From Trichosphaerium sp. ATCC 40318 (Eukaryota > Protista > Tubulinea): 64,000 nt of DNA. The stretch spans positions 1 through 64,000 of the forward strand of contig JALMLS010000079.1 in assembly GCA_038496445.1 (NCBI GenBank). Direction: 5' to 3'. Within the stretch, counting starts at the first letter, position 1; every line of letters starts with the position of its first letter. The translations under genes and the position numbers were made by a program. The notes beneath the pieces were generated by a model, which ran no database searches, was not told where the DNA came from, and was given only the letters and a program-made list of their open reading frames with translations. Below are positions 37,963 through 49,939 of the stretch, piece after piece.

Positions 37963-38339
37963 AACACCACGTTCGGCGTTATGTGATAAGTGCACCAATA
38001 ATATCGCAATGAAATCAACTTCCAAACAACTCACAACAAAATAAAAAGCATTTTTTGTCTCAATTTTGAATTCGTTGTTTGGCGTGACCTGATTTAAGCG
38101 ATACAAAACTCGGTCAGAGATACTTTTTTTTGGTGTTCACAAACAAATTAATGTTAGTGCAGTTTTGCTTTTATGGATACCGACCCCACTTGACGAAAAA
38201 ACCATCCCACTTAAACACTGAAACCCTCTAGTACGTAGGTTGCACCTTGTGGTAATCAGTAGCCCCGAAATCATTACACAATTGTTAAAACAAAGGATAT
38301 ACCTTACAGACGCATTTACACATTGTGCAGCCCTCTATC

Positions 38340-40835
38340 ATGGTGGTACACGCACATATCCGTTTTTGGATGTGTTTTTATTTTGCGGCCATGTTTTTAC
38401 ACAACGCACACAGTTGCTTAACAGATCCTCGTACGTCAGTTTTTTTTGAAAGTGGTCTAATAGGAGCGAAAATACGATTGTTATTGCATAATGGCGTGAC
38501 AACTCTAATTGGGAAATACTGTACTGACGCTAACTGTAGCAGCGCCTGATGAGGTGGTAGTCTTTGACGACTTCTTAACGAATGGTTTTACAATCGAGGC
38601 AATTGGCGATAGAACGGTGGTACAGTGCGTACTTAATAATAGTTGGACATGTTCTAATACGTCAAAAGGGCCCTCGTCACAAATGATAACACCCAGTGCA
38701 GCGGCACCACTACGTTATCTGTAGATCTAAAACTTAGTACCCCCTGCGGGATACGTGTTGTCTGTCCATTTGTACGTCCACTTCGTTGATTGGCGTAATA
38801 ATTTACCTGATCATGTCTGCTAGGACACCAATTGCATCACAAATGGATCTGTAATAGTATTCAACGTTGGTATTGGAGGTAGCATGTCGTTTAACATATC
38901 TTTGCAAGATAATAGTAGCCTCTATGATGTGTCTATTGGCCCTTTCATGGTTAATACTGCCTCCGAAGTAAAAGTAAGAAAAGCGACAATAGCGGAGGTT
39001 GACTGTTGCTTACAGTACTCGTAGATGATTGAGGTAATAGATGGGAATTTTTCATCGTTCTCTTTGATAGCAATGCAGCCTGGCCGATTGAACATGGATG
39101 ATGTTTTCATTAAAGGAGGTGAGTTATCAACGCGTTGAATGCGATCCTGTAACACGACATTGTAGCTTCACTTCCTGATGTAGTAACACATAAGAGCACG
39201 GCTTGCCCTCAAACAAATGCCACAGGTATGGATGTTGGTTATAACAGTGTTAATTGGTTGTTAATACTCAAGCAGTACTATTCAACTCTGAGCCGACCGC
39301 AGATGTAACTTACTTTGTGGATAATGGTGTGCTAACGTACGTCTTATCATTTTCTGTACCCTCATAAACGAACTGACTCCTGTGAAACACAGTGTACCTT
39401 ACAAGAGTAACGCTTCAAACATATACTGTGGATCGTCGTCAATTTATTGGCAACCAGTCTCACAAGAATCATTGAGAATGGCGTGCAACAACGTACATGC
39501 ATTCTTCAGTTTTGGTTTTTTAATGATTGATCTCTGTACATAGATGTGCATAAGCAATACTTCAATTATCGAGTTCGAAATATACTCTACCCGAGATCTA
39601 GAGATTTTTGTGAAAGTTGACGGAGTTGGTTCAGATAAAACCTTTAATTTAGTCGCCTATAATTGGACCCACGTGAGTTTCTTGGATCGCTCGTTCAATT
39701 TTAACATTTCCACCCTCGTTTCAGATACGATACTCCGCTGCTGATGAGGGTTTGGCATTGAACTCAATGCAAATGTTACTAAGAGTAGGGGATATTCCTA
39801 TTCCCCACCAAGTTTTTTTGGATAACATTGTCGCTACAGGTGCACCATCTACTCTGTTGTACTATTGACTCAAAGATAAGATTTTATTGCCGATGTTCTT
39901 CCACCAACACCTGAACCGACTCCTCAGTCGACAGCTGAACCAACAGCTGAACCAACACCTGAACCGACACCTCAGCCAACAGATGAACCAACAGCTGAAC
40001 CGACAGCTGAACCGACACCTCAGCCAACAGATGAACCAACAGCTGAGCCGACAGTAGCTCCAGTAGGGCCTATTGTTGCGCCCTCAACAGCTCCAGATTC
40101 ATCTCACCAAGTGCTCATCATTACGAACGCAACGTTTGTTGTATCAGAGCCCATAGTGATCGCCGGTGCGTGCCTTTACCTTATGACGTTGTAACGTCTA
40201 AGTATCGCCTAGGTGGCTTGATACTGGACAATAATGCCACCATTGTTTTTAATACTCCTAATACCATCGTTGTATCCGGTTGTCCAGAGTTACGTGGAAG
40301 AATAAATGTTACATTCGCACTAGGAACCAACTCAACAACAGATTTGATACGATGGCTAGGTACTCTTGAACTAACATCTCCTTCTTCTCTGACCTGTACA
40401 CCAAGGTCAAAGTTGCAACGTTAGTAAGCCAGAAACATTCTTTAATGGTGCCAACGACGAATGCGTGAGTGCCACTATAGAACTGAGCAAAGCAGGTATG
40501 TAGTTTGTTACAACCAGAAATTTTTGTTAATATTTGTTCAACAGAAAAGGCACTATCGTTGAGCATACAAGATACTTGCAAAGAAGATTCACAAACGGTC
40601 GTGCGTAAACAGTTTTTAAGAATTTTCCTGTTTAATTCCCGGTTAGATCATTATTGCAGCAGTTGTAGCTTCAATACTTGTTGTAATAGCGATAGGTATA
40701 ATCTTGTTGGTATCGTACAATGTTCGCGTTCAAAATATAGTATTCCCCCACCGTGCAGCTTGGCGTATCCGCCGGTACAGGCAAAAACAGGGTAGAATAG
40801 CCACTATTGAAGAGGTGGAAAATCCAAAACAATAA
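38340..40835 (+). CDS. Type I cell-surface glycoprotein with beta-rich ectodomains, mucin-like stalk and TM helix
   Basis: Signal-like N-terminus, many NxS/T sites, PTxE repeats, TM IIIAAVVASILVVIAIGIILLVSY, basic cytoplasmic tail. Confidence 0.75.
39901..40060 (+). repeat. 12-nt-unit coding repeat (PTPE/PTAE/PTDE/PTPQ)
   Basis: ccaacagctgaa, ccgacacctcag and similar units in tandem. Confidence 0.9.
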
Positions 40836-40943
40836 AAAGGTTGATCCACATAAAAAACGGCGTAATAAGATGACTGAGCAAATATTTGCAGCAAGTTACC
40901 AATCGGCTGGTAAAAGTTCATTATGTACAATGCGTTTTGCAGG

Positions 40944-43457
40944 TTATTCACTTGTAAGCGGCCCATTGTCAGAGGGGGTTGCATCAGAAGGCGAAAAATT
41001 GTTTGTGGATTCTGTAGTGTCTGTTGCCGGCTCAGGTTGTGCCTTGCTTACAGTGTCACTGTCTTCTTTTTCTGCAACAGTTGTTGCAGCACCCACAGTT
41101 TTGTCTTCAGGGTTGACAGCAGCAGGAGGTGTTGCAGGCCTTGTAAAAAATCGCATGCCAAAAGAACTAATGCGTTGTCTCACATCTGAAATGAGCTGTT
41201 CAACCTAAACACGTGGTTCGTGTAAGCGTGGATATAAGAGCACGTGAAAATATAAACGCACAGGTTTTGCCTTGGCTTCTTGTGGATCTGGTTGGTTTTG
41301 ATCTTCAACCACATCAGTATCAGGTGGCGTTTGGTTTGAAGCTTTTGCGGCTTGTGCAACCTGTCTATTTTCCAATCTCTCTGATAAATTTTCCCGCCAC
41401 TTACCGACCTGCGTCAGCAAGCTAGAGCCCATCTCACTCACACGACCGACACCCCTACAAACAATTCGTTAAAAAGTTTGTCTGAGTTATTGTTTTTTGG
41501 TTGTTTCTAGCTTACTTTTGTATCTCAGAGTTTACAGTATCTAGTATATCGGCGGTCTCTCCAGCGTTTGGATGACCTGTCATATCGGGGTCACTCGTAG
41601 TTTGGGTAACGTGTTCTCGCCATGTGCTGTAACACTTGGTCTCCATAAACTGAGAAACCTATTATAATAGAATCACCTATTAATTTCTATACCAACACGT
41701 GACTAGTTTCATGTAACTCACCCACAAATTATTGAATTGAGCAGTGTCTTCGTTGATTTCATTTCCTGTCTTGATGAGCGTATTCAATAACGATTTGAGG
41801 TAAAAATGAAAACCGAGTCGGACGTCATCGTGGCTACCTTCAAACTCTAAAGAAACACACTTTTTTAGCAAACAAAGCAAATTGTTTGATGTATTACTAT
41901 TGCCTTTGACGTACCTGCGTTGTGGTTCTCACATTTTGCTATGAGCTTGTCGATAAACACGCGATCTGCTGGCGAACTTTGCGTTACCTAATTCACGTAT
42001 TAGCTAATGATGCAAACACGTGGTGTAAACTCAACATACTTTTGCGAGAAGCGGATCTTTCCACCAAATCTGAATGCCTGGAGGGTCATTGATGACAGTT
42101 ATTATTGCATCCGGACTGAGTATGTTGTTTGGTTTTGCTAGGACTTGATTTGTGGTGCCAACTGTCCACGCTGTCTGTTTCATTATGAAATCAACTTGTT
42201 GCAATGATAGATATGCATTAAAATGTCTACTCTCGTCCAACAGATCAAATGGTAAGCCAAGTTCACTGTCTTTATCTCCTGAGCAGAAAGTTATTCACAC
42301 CAACTTTACGTATGAGAGTAGAAACGGTTGAACGTCAACGTACCCATTTGCACACGTGCTAATTTTTCCATGCAGCCCGGCACCAACGACACCAACGACA
42401 AGAGAGTATCACATACATTTCCAGTAGGGACGCCGTAGTAAATGACCTTTTTCTCCCTTTAATAAAACCAAGAGTGTTAGAAGCACGCCAACACAAACAA
42501 ACAGTAAATTGCGCAAAGTATAAAATGAATTACACTTACAACATGAACAATTTGACAAGTGTCATTGTTGCCCTGCCTGCAGTGCGCAATAAATCTTTTG
42601 TTGTAAGCCCTAAATACAGACGTTTAGCGCAATTGTTCAATTGGTGAGGTGACGCACCAAAGTAGAGCGTGTCAGCAGATAACTGTGCCTTTACATTCAT
42701 TTTCTGGGTTAACCAGGAGTACGCGTCGTTCAATATGCTACGCTTAGAAAAATCACCTACAACAATGACACATGTTTTAGTTAATCGCACAGGGCAGTAA
42801 GGTTTTGATAAAAAAATAGAATTCCTAACCTTGTGTAAAGTACAGTTGGGTACAAGGGTTGAGGACCTCGTATATTGTTCGAAATAGCGGTTTAGTCGCT
42901 AAGATACACACTGATTTTTGGATTGAGGACCGAGAAACGTCAGCTGTTGGTTCACACTTTAGTTGCTAGCAAGGAGTGAGAGTGGGAAGAACTACGTCAC
43001 GTACTGATACATGCATCTGTTGAAAGCATGATACGACAAAAAGACCATTTGTGAGTACACAGAAGCTATCAAGAGGTGTTTGTAATCGAAATTAGTGTAA
43101 TTATCGTACGTGTAATCTTTTTCGAACAAATGCGCCTGTTCAGGTACTGCCGCAAACGCTAGTTCCACGCTAGACGCATTAGAGGCGACCGATAATTATT
43201 TTACCTTATTTTGGCTTTATCCTCTTCTGATAACGTGCAATTCTCGCTCCACCATTCTACATCATTGCCTGTACGAGCAAATTAGCGCCTACTGCAAAAT
43301 TTGTCGCCTAACCTTTCGAGTGATGGAAACTAGAGCCTAATATTAGCGATAAACGCGTGAAAACAGCTTACCCCACAACACATAGTCCTACAATGACATT
43401 TTCAACGTTTGTATCGCTAGCCGACGTAATCGATATCTCACTCGCAGAAAACTCCAT
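40944..43457 (-). CDS. AVL9: AVL9/DENN-family protein
   Basis: LCVVG|FHHSK|GNDVEW, LAFAAVPEQAH, LVKLFML, AYLSLQQVD, VGTTNQV, FEGSHDDVRLGFHFYL and FMETKCYSTW. Confidence 0.8.
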
Positions 43458-43765
43458 TATGCAACGCTAGTTGGCTACCGGAGAATTCACGTTTATTTTT
43501 CTGCGGGAGTTTTAGAATGTTTTTTGTCGCTTTTTTTTTAAGTGAGAGGTTGACACTGCGCATAGGTGAAAAAGTTCACAAAACGGGTTTTAGTCTAAAG
43601 GTCTTCAACTTGTTGTTAAAAGTACATTGGAGTTGTCTTTTTAGTTGCAACACGTGGCGCCTTCCGGATTAAGGACAAAATTCTCCGAAATGAAAATTCG
43701 CCGATAATTGCTTAGTTTTCACACAAAATTCAAGTTCAACGACCTGACGCACTCAACCCGCGAAA

Positions 43766-44475
43766 ATGGATATAAATACAGCCCAAACGCGCTCTATAGT
43801 GCCCTACAAACCAAGGTAGTACATATTATTAAGATTAGCACCCTAATAACGCACACAGGCAAAAAATAGCCGATTCCCGCAATATTATGGATTTGTCAAC
43901 AAACGTTGGATCATTTCCACCCATTGCAGTTAGTACAGAGTTCGATTCGAGCCGTACTCAAATATCGTTGAGTTTCGGTGGAGAACGAAGCGCGCCAGTT
44001 GCTCCTATAGGCAAAGGTAATGTCACAGTGACATTTAATTAATTGACACCTAACCTCAAATCTAGAAATAACAGTGCCACTCAGGACCAACAAAAACGGC
44101 GAGGAACACAAAATAATCAGACACGCTGGCGTTAACTACGTTAATGTAAACGAGAAATTGCTGAATTTGCCACAAAAGAAGGCGGCATCGAAGCTCGGTA
44201 TGAAGGCTTCAACGCTCAGTAAACGATGGCAGGAAGCGTCTCGCGGTAGAAAATGGCCATACAGGTAAACAAATTCAAAACTCACAAACGGTTTTCTTTT
44301 TACATGCTCACTAAACATTAGGCTCGTATCAAAACTAGATAAAGAAATTATGACAATCTTGCATAATATACCACCAGATGAGAATCATAAGATGCCAAAA
44401 AACGTTAGCGATGATCTACAGAAGTTGCTGGTTCAGCGCAAGAAGGAGTTATGTCCAGTCGTCATTAGGGTGTGA
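43766..44475 (+). CDS. RWP-RK domain transcription factor
   Basis: LNLPQKKAASKLGMKASTLSKRWQEASRGRKWPYR|LVSKLDKEI. Confidence 0.85.
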
Positions 44476-44885
44476 AACATACTCCGTTTACCTCATATAA
44501 TGGACAACCCTCGCGTCTAGCATCTTCTCTCAGCCCTTGGATATCAATTGTGCATCTACTGTGGCGTGACCTTTTTATCTCGCAGAACAATCCCAACTGG
44601 ACGGGCAAACACAACAACACTTTCTCCCTTTGTAAATACCACTCCACTGTAAACTAGAAAAGAATCCCGCAAACCAGTTAAAACAAAAAAAATTCGTTGG
44701 TTTTCGTAACAAAAAACATACAGGTACGTTACTGAAATTGCAAAGGAAATCGGTACGGAGTGTCATGGTTCGAACAAGTTATATTTTGAGAAACACGTGT
44801 TTTTATTGAAAATTATCCAAATTTTGTAGAAAAAGCAATTCTATTTACGCTAACCAATCGCACCACCTACCCCTATACTTTGTGT

Positions 44886-46585
44886 ATGCGCTCGAAAAAG
44901 CGTAAGCGCGAAACACCAGCAGACCAAGAAACAGTTGTTGAAACAATCAATAAAGATAAAAATGACGTTAAAAAGCAGGAGCAGGTTGCTGCATTCTGCT
45001 TAGTGCAAAATATACCGAAAAAACTGAGGTAACACTCAATAAACGAATAAATATATTCACACGCGCTAGAATTCCCGATTTACGCCATTTCTTTACTGAA
45101 TGGATAGAAAGAGAGAAGTTTGAAATATTTCACTACTTGTACCAACAAGAGACGTATAAAGGTAACGCCAGACGCAAAAACAACCAAACAAGCTAATAGA
45201 CGTACCGTTACAGACTTATCGGGCAAACAGCGCAAAGGCGGATGTTGTCTCATTAAATTGAAGCGTAAACGCGACGTCAAGCCGTTTTTAAAGCGATATC
45301 ACGAAAAACCGTGGAGGAACAGAAAAGGAGAGCACGTTGATAATTCTGCATGTATCATACAGTATGTCCTTGATCCAACGGGCAAGGGATCAATTCAAGA
45401 TCCTAAAGGAAAGGTACTCCATTTTCTCGTGATTGACACGTGATAAACTGATACGCGACGTTAACCTCACCTCATTTTTGTAGGTGTCTGGGAAGCTCCC
45501 TGTTGAGTGTTTGTACGCGCCTGTTGGACTCGCTGCTGGAAACGTAGGGACGTCTATGAGGCAAGTCAAAGAGAGCATAGGTACGGGATTGCAACCACTA
45601 CGTGTACTTGTAAATTGAACCAAGTTGTTTAGATGCCTGTATATTACCCACTAGAGCACTAAAGACGCTCGGTATTACTGCAAATTCCTTCGCAGCGGCT
45701 GCTTCTCGGTCACAGACGTACACTACAAACCAAGTAGTGAGCTTTGTTAATATTGTCCAGGCAATTTGAATACGAATGGGACCCTGACGATCCACATGAC
45801 GATCATGATGCTGAAGAGTGGGAACGCTACCAAGCAATTCATGGCGGTGATCTGGACGAAGAAAAAAAGTACAAATGCTTAAATTTAGCTGTTGCCCAAA
45901 GACTAATATTCGCATTCACAGATATACATTTGAGAATCCAGTCGAGCTCAAGTGGGAAAAGGGAGGATCAGGCTTAGTCTTTTATACAGGTACGCTCATG
46001 CGCTTAATTTCGTACAAGAACTGTGACTGAGCTACATCTCTAGACGCGGTTTACTGGAACGCGCAAAAAGGAGATTTTGTCGAACAAACAAGTGACGACT
46101 GGATGGTCTCAGAGTATCATATACACCATGCCAAAAAACCAAAATATAAACCCATGGTAGACGACATGGGTAGAGCATCATATAAAGACATGGGTGGTTT
46201 CGAAAGATACACAAAGGGCATGGGATCCAAGGTACAAATGAGCCCTATGGCATTACGTGGCATGGTACGACTGACACGACCATGCTTTTAGATTTTAAAG
46301 AACTATGGATGGGTAGCTGGTAAAGGACTTGGTCCCAAGTCGAAGGGTCGCACTAAGCCCATCATACCTACACCTAAAAATAATATGCATGGCTTAGGGT
46401 AAGTATACGTTATTTGTTTGTTCACTATTTATGCTCATATCAACTCCTGCAGGTATGTTAAGAAATCACAACAGAAAGAAGAAGATGATCAACAAAGACA
46501 GATGAACGTCCATGGTGACTTTGAAGTAGTCCCTGATGAACAAAGTGACTACATTCGTATTCGGACTGTATACGATTCTAATTGA
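44886..46585 (+). CDS. GPATCH3: G-patch domain protein 3 homolog
   Basis: VQNIP...DLRHFF, GNVGTS, EEWERYQA, ELKWEKGGSGLVFYT|DAVYW, FERYTKGMGSK|ILKNYGWVAGKGLG. Confidence 0.88.
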
Positions 46586-46758
46586 ATACTTGAATCGGTG
46601 AAAGAACTCCAAAAAAAATTGTACATTACTCACAAAGCTGTATTGTTTTGAGGTTTTTATTCTTTTTTTTTTACATGTACAAAATGGCACAAGCCGCAGC
46701 AACGCACATCCTAGTGCTGCCTATCCGTCGCCATTCCAAAATAACAACACGTAGGCGT

Positions 46759-47701
46759 TTAGTCTGTTTGTTGTTGCTCGTCAAGGGCACATCGTGTGCG
46801 TGCATTGGCGACTACTGTCTCGTGCCATTTCGTGTCAAGGCTATCTATCCTTTCTTTTGCTTTTGTCTGCATGGCACGTCGCGCCTTGTTTAGATCATCC
46901 AGTGTGTTTTTGCTTTGCTCTTTACGCTTTACCAACCTTGAGGCGTTGGTCAATATAATGGTTTTCACGTGCGTAAAATGAGAGTTGGATTCCAAGACAA
47001 CCAAGGGCGTACCGTTTCTCTACTTGCTGTAGTGTTTTGATGTATTCGATCCATGCATTGGCACCGTATGTGTTAAGTAATTCTAGATTATCTCGCTGGT
47101 TCCTGGTGTGCTCCAATTGGATCTGACCAGCTGCTTGTGCGGCGAGTAGTTCATCAACAGTTGGCTGTTACAAAACGCTGTAAGTACACAATGATAACTA
47201 CCAATAGATAACGCTACCTTTCTAGATTTTGGCCGTTCAATGTGGTCACTAGCTACTGGCGGTTTGATGGCACCTACTGTATACTTGTCACCATGCTGAC
47301 AGACCCTAGTGATTTCTCCATTAACAAAAACACCTTCAGACGTTACAGTTTGGCTAATTTTGTAAAAGACACTAAATTCTACGCGTAGCGAGCATTTGTA
47401 ATTGTTGACACATGCGTACTTTTTCCATTCAGCCTGTAGCGCTTCAGAACCACCAAATGTTGGATTAAAAGTTGGCAATTTTGATAAGTAATCCCTTTTT
47501 ACAGCGCGTTAATAGATTAGAGTGACGCTAGGAGCTAAATTACCTTGAAAATGATACAGCCTCTTCATCTATCATACGTTGTACCTCAAGCTTCTGTTCA
47601 GTGGTATAACCATCCACGTACGATAAAGAATCAATTGTAGACCAATCAGAAAAGAACTCTGGAACCTCATTGCTGTCCGTCACATCCATTGCATCCGACA
47701 T
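46759..47701 (-). CDS. BCAS2: Pre-mRNA splicing factor SPF27
   Basis: IDSLSYVD...VQRMIDEE, SQIQLEH...NLELLNTYGANAW, LNKARRAMQ...KWHETV. Confidence 0.9.
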
Positions 47702-47785
47702 TGCGACGAAAGTATAAGCAGAGATTTTTCGAAAGTAGCAAATAAACGTCAACAGATTTCTGGAGTAAAAAACCTCTTATTCGCC

Positions 47786-48044
47786 ATGGACGACCGCGAT
47801 AAGCCGGAACCAAAATCATTTTGGCTATTCAATGTATGTGGGCGCATGTGGTTAAGTTTTAGGAGATTATTGATAGACCCAGCAATTATGGCGGCTTCTG
47901 TGGTCATTGGCATCAGCACAGGTATGTATTGTTGCCTTTTAACGCGTTGAACCCACTAACGCTCAAAAAGGTTACGTGATATTTGAAAACTTTGTCCTAC
48001 CTGCAGCAACAGGACAATCACCACCATTTGACGCCTCCAAGTAA
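47786..48044 (+). CDS. Putative small single-pass membrane protein (3 exons)
   Basis: MDDRDKPEPKSFWLFN...AIMAASVVIGIST|GYVIFENFVLPAATGQSPPFDASK*. The first splice junction is ambiguous. Confidence 0.5.
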
Positions 48045-48401
48045 CTTTTCAAGTCATTTGACACACGTTACTCCATGTACATTGCACCAAGCTGTTGTTT
48101 TATAAACTCATTTACTTTGGCATGTGTGCGCACTGACAAATTGCTTTACGTAAAACGCAGCTTGATTACCATATTCCCTCAAAAATTTTCTTGACGTGCA
48201 GTGCAAGCGTACTATGAGGACATAGACACATTCCACAATAAGAAGTCCACTTGCTTGCTTACCTTATTTTTTCTACTGCAAGTGCGGGAATGATTACAAC
48301 CACCAAGTTAGGACCGCTTGCGATAATGCAACTTGTTACCGTTAAGCCAGTCAGTAGTTTACCATTTTTTTTTTGAAAAGCACGCTTGTACATTACGCTA
48401 A

Positions 48402-49530
48402 ATGGCAGAACAATTTGATCACCTTGTTAAACTGTTGCTAATAGGCGATTCTGGTACGCTGAGATAAAACGCGTTGTTTTTTTTTTTGTTTGTTTTTGTT
48501 TGCGCTACTACGTAGCCGAAGTACTCACAATGATTGCTTTCAGGCGTTGGCAAGAGTTGCCTTTTATTGCGCTTTACAGAAGATACGTTTACTCCTAGCT
48601 TTATTACAACCATTGGGTGCGCATTAGGACAACAATTACGTCCAAAAGAACGATCCGTGGTTGATCACTCACAAACGGTCTAGAATCGACTTCAAAATAA
48701 GAACCATCGATGTAGAAAAGGAGAGGGTAAAGCTGCAAATATGGGTACGCAAATCAAACGAAAAGTAATTGATTCGAGACTAACTCGTGCTCAGGATACT
48801 GCTGGGCAAGAACGTTTCGTATCCCACCCGCTATTTTTGCAGTGTTGGAATTACCAGCAAAAAGAAACCAATTTTTTTTTTTTTTGTAATTTATTTTAAT
48901 TCTTTTTTGAAATGACAAATTGAGCATTCATACGCTATTTTATTCCTTGACAGTGCTGAGCGTACTATAACTACTGCGTACTATAGAGGAGCAATGGGCA
49001 TTTTATTGGTGTACGACGTTACTGACGAGAAATCCTTTGTCAATATCCTTACATACGCCTTTTGCATACAGAAATTATTCAACGTTTTGAGTTCGTGCGC
49101 ATCCGCGTCGTAAATAGCTCCATAAGCGTTACAGTAATTTTTTCTTTTTTTTTTTTTTACAACCCCTCATTCCAATTTCTGCCTTAACAAACTCTCACAT
49201 ATTCGCAATTGGATCAAATCTATCGAGCAACATGCCAGCGAAAACGTTCAAAAAGTGTTGCTTGGCAACAAATGCGATCTCGACCATAAGAAGGTTATAG
49301 ATACAGAGAAGGGGCAAGCTCTCGCCAACGAAATGGGCATTCCGTTTTATGAAACGTCTGCTAAAGATTCAGTCAATGTAGAAGAGGCATTCTTCAATAT
49401 CGCCAAAGACATTTACAAAAAAATTACGTCTCCTGAAGGTCAAGAAGCCGACACGCACAACACCATCACCATTGACGGCAGTGAAACCAAAGGCTCCAAG
49501 AACAAGAAAGAGAAGAAAAAGTGTTGTTAA
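48402..49530 (+). CDS. RAB8: Rab8/Sec4-family GTPase
   Basis: [28 protein letters not shown]|[23 protein letters not shown] and terminal CC. Confidence 0.93.
48819..48960 (+). other. U12-type GT-AG intron (Rab8)
   Basis: Donor GTATCCCA; branch TTCCTTGAC at 48943-48951, about 10 nt from a GAG acceptor. Removal restores ERF|RTIT. Confidence 0.8.
49043..49198 (+). other. U12-type AT-AC intron (Rab8)
   Basis: Donor ATATCCTTAC; branch GCCTTAAC at 49181-49188; ends CAC. Removal restores SFVN-IRNW. Confidence 0.92.
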
Positions 49531-49939
49531 ATTCGCCTTGCCCCTCGTCGCGGCTAGGACGCGACAGTATAATCACCGCACAGTACCCAACTCTTCCATA
49601 TGAAGCGTGTCCTCTTTGACTTTGCCTTTTGAAAGGTCTATTATTTTGGGATGGTACTGTCAACTGTTGTATGATGCGGCCTACGCGGTCCAAATAAAAT
49701 GATGTAAATAGACATGCAACAAATTGCATCCACAACAAAACCCTACCACCGTTCTAACCACTGACGTTTTAAGAAGAGGCACCAAACTACTTTATCACCA
49801 TAACAGTCGCTTATCCGGGTGTCTCACGGAGAGTCAGCGGCACCACGTTCTGCAGTAGCAGCTGTTTTGACCATCATTGACTTCATTTTCAGTTCCTTAT
49901 TTTAGCTTGGTTTAAAAGCAAAAACAAAATCAAATAGCA

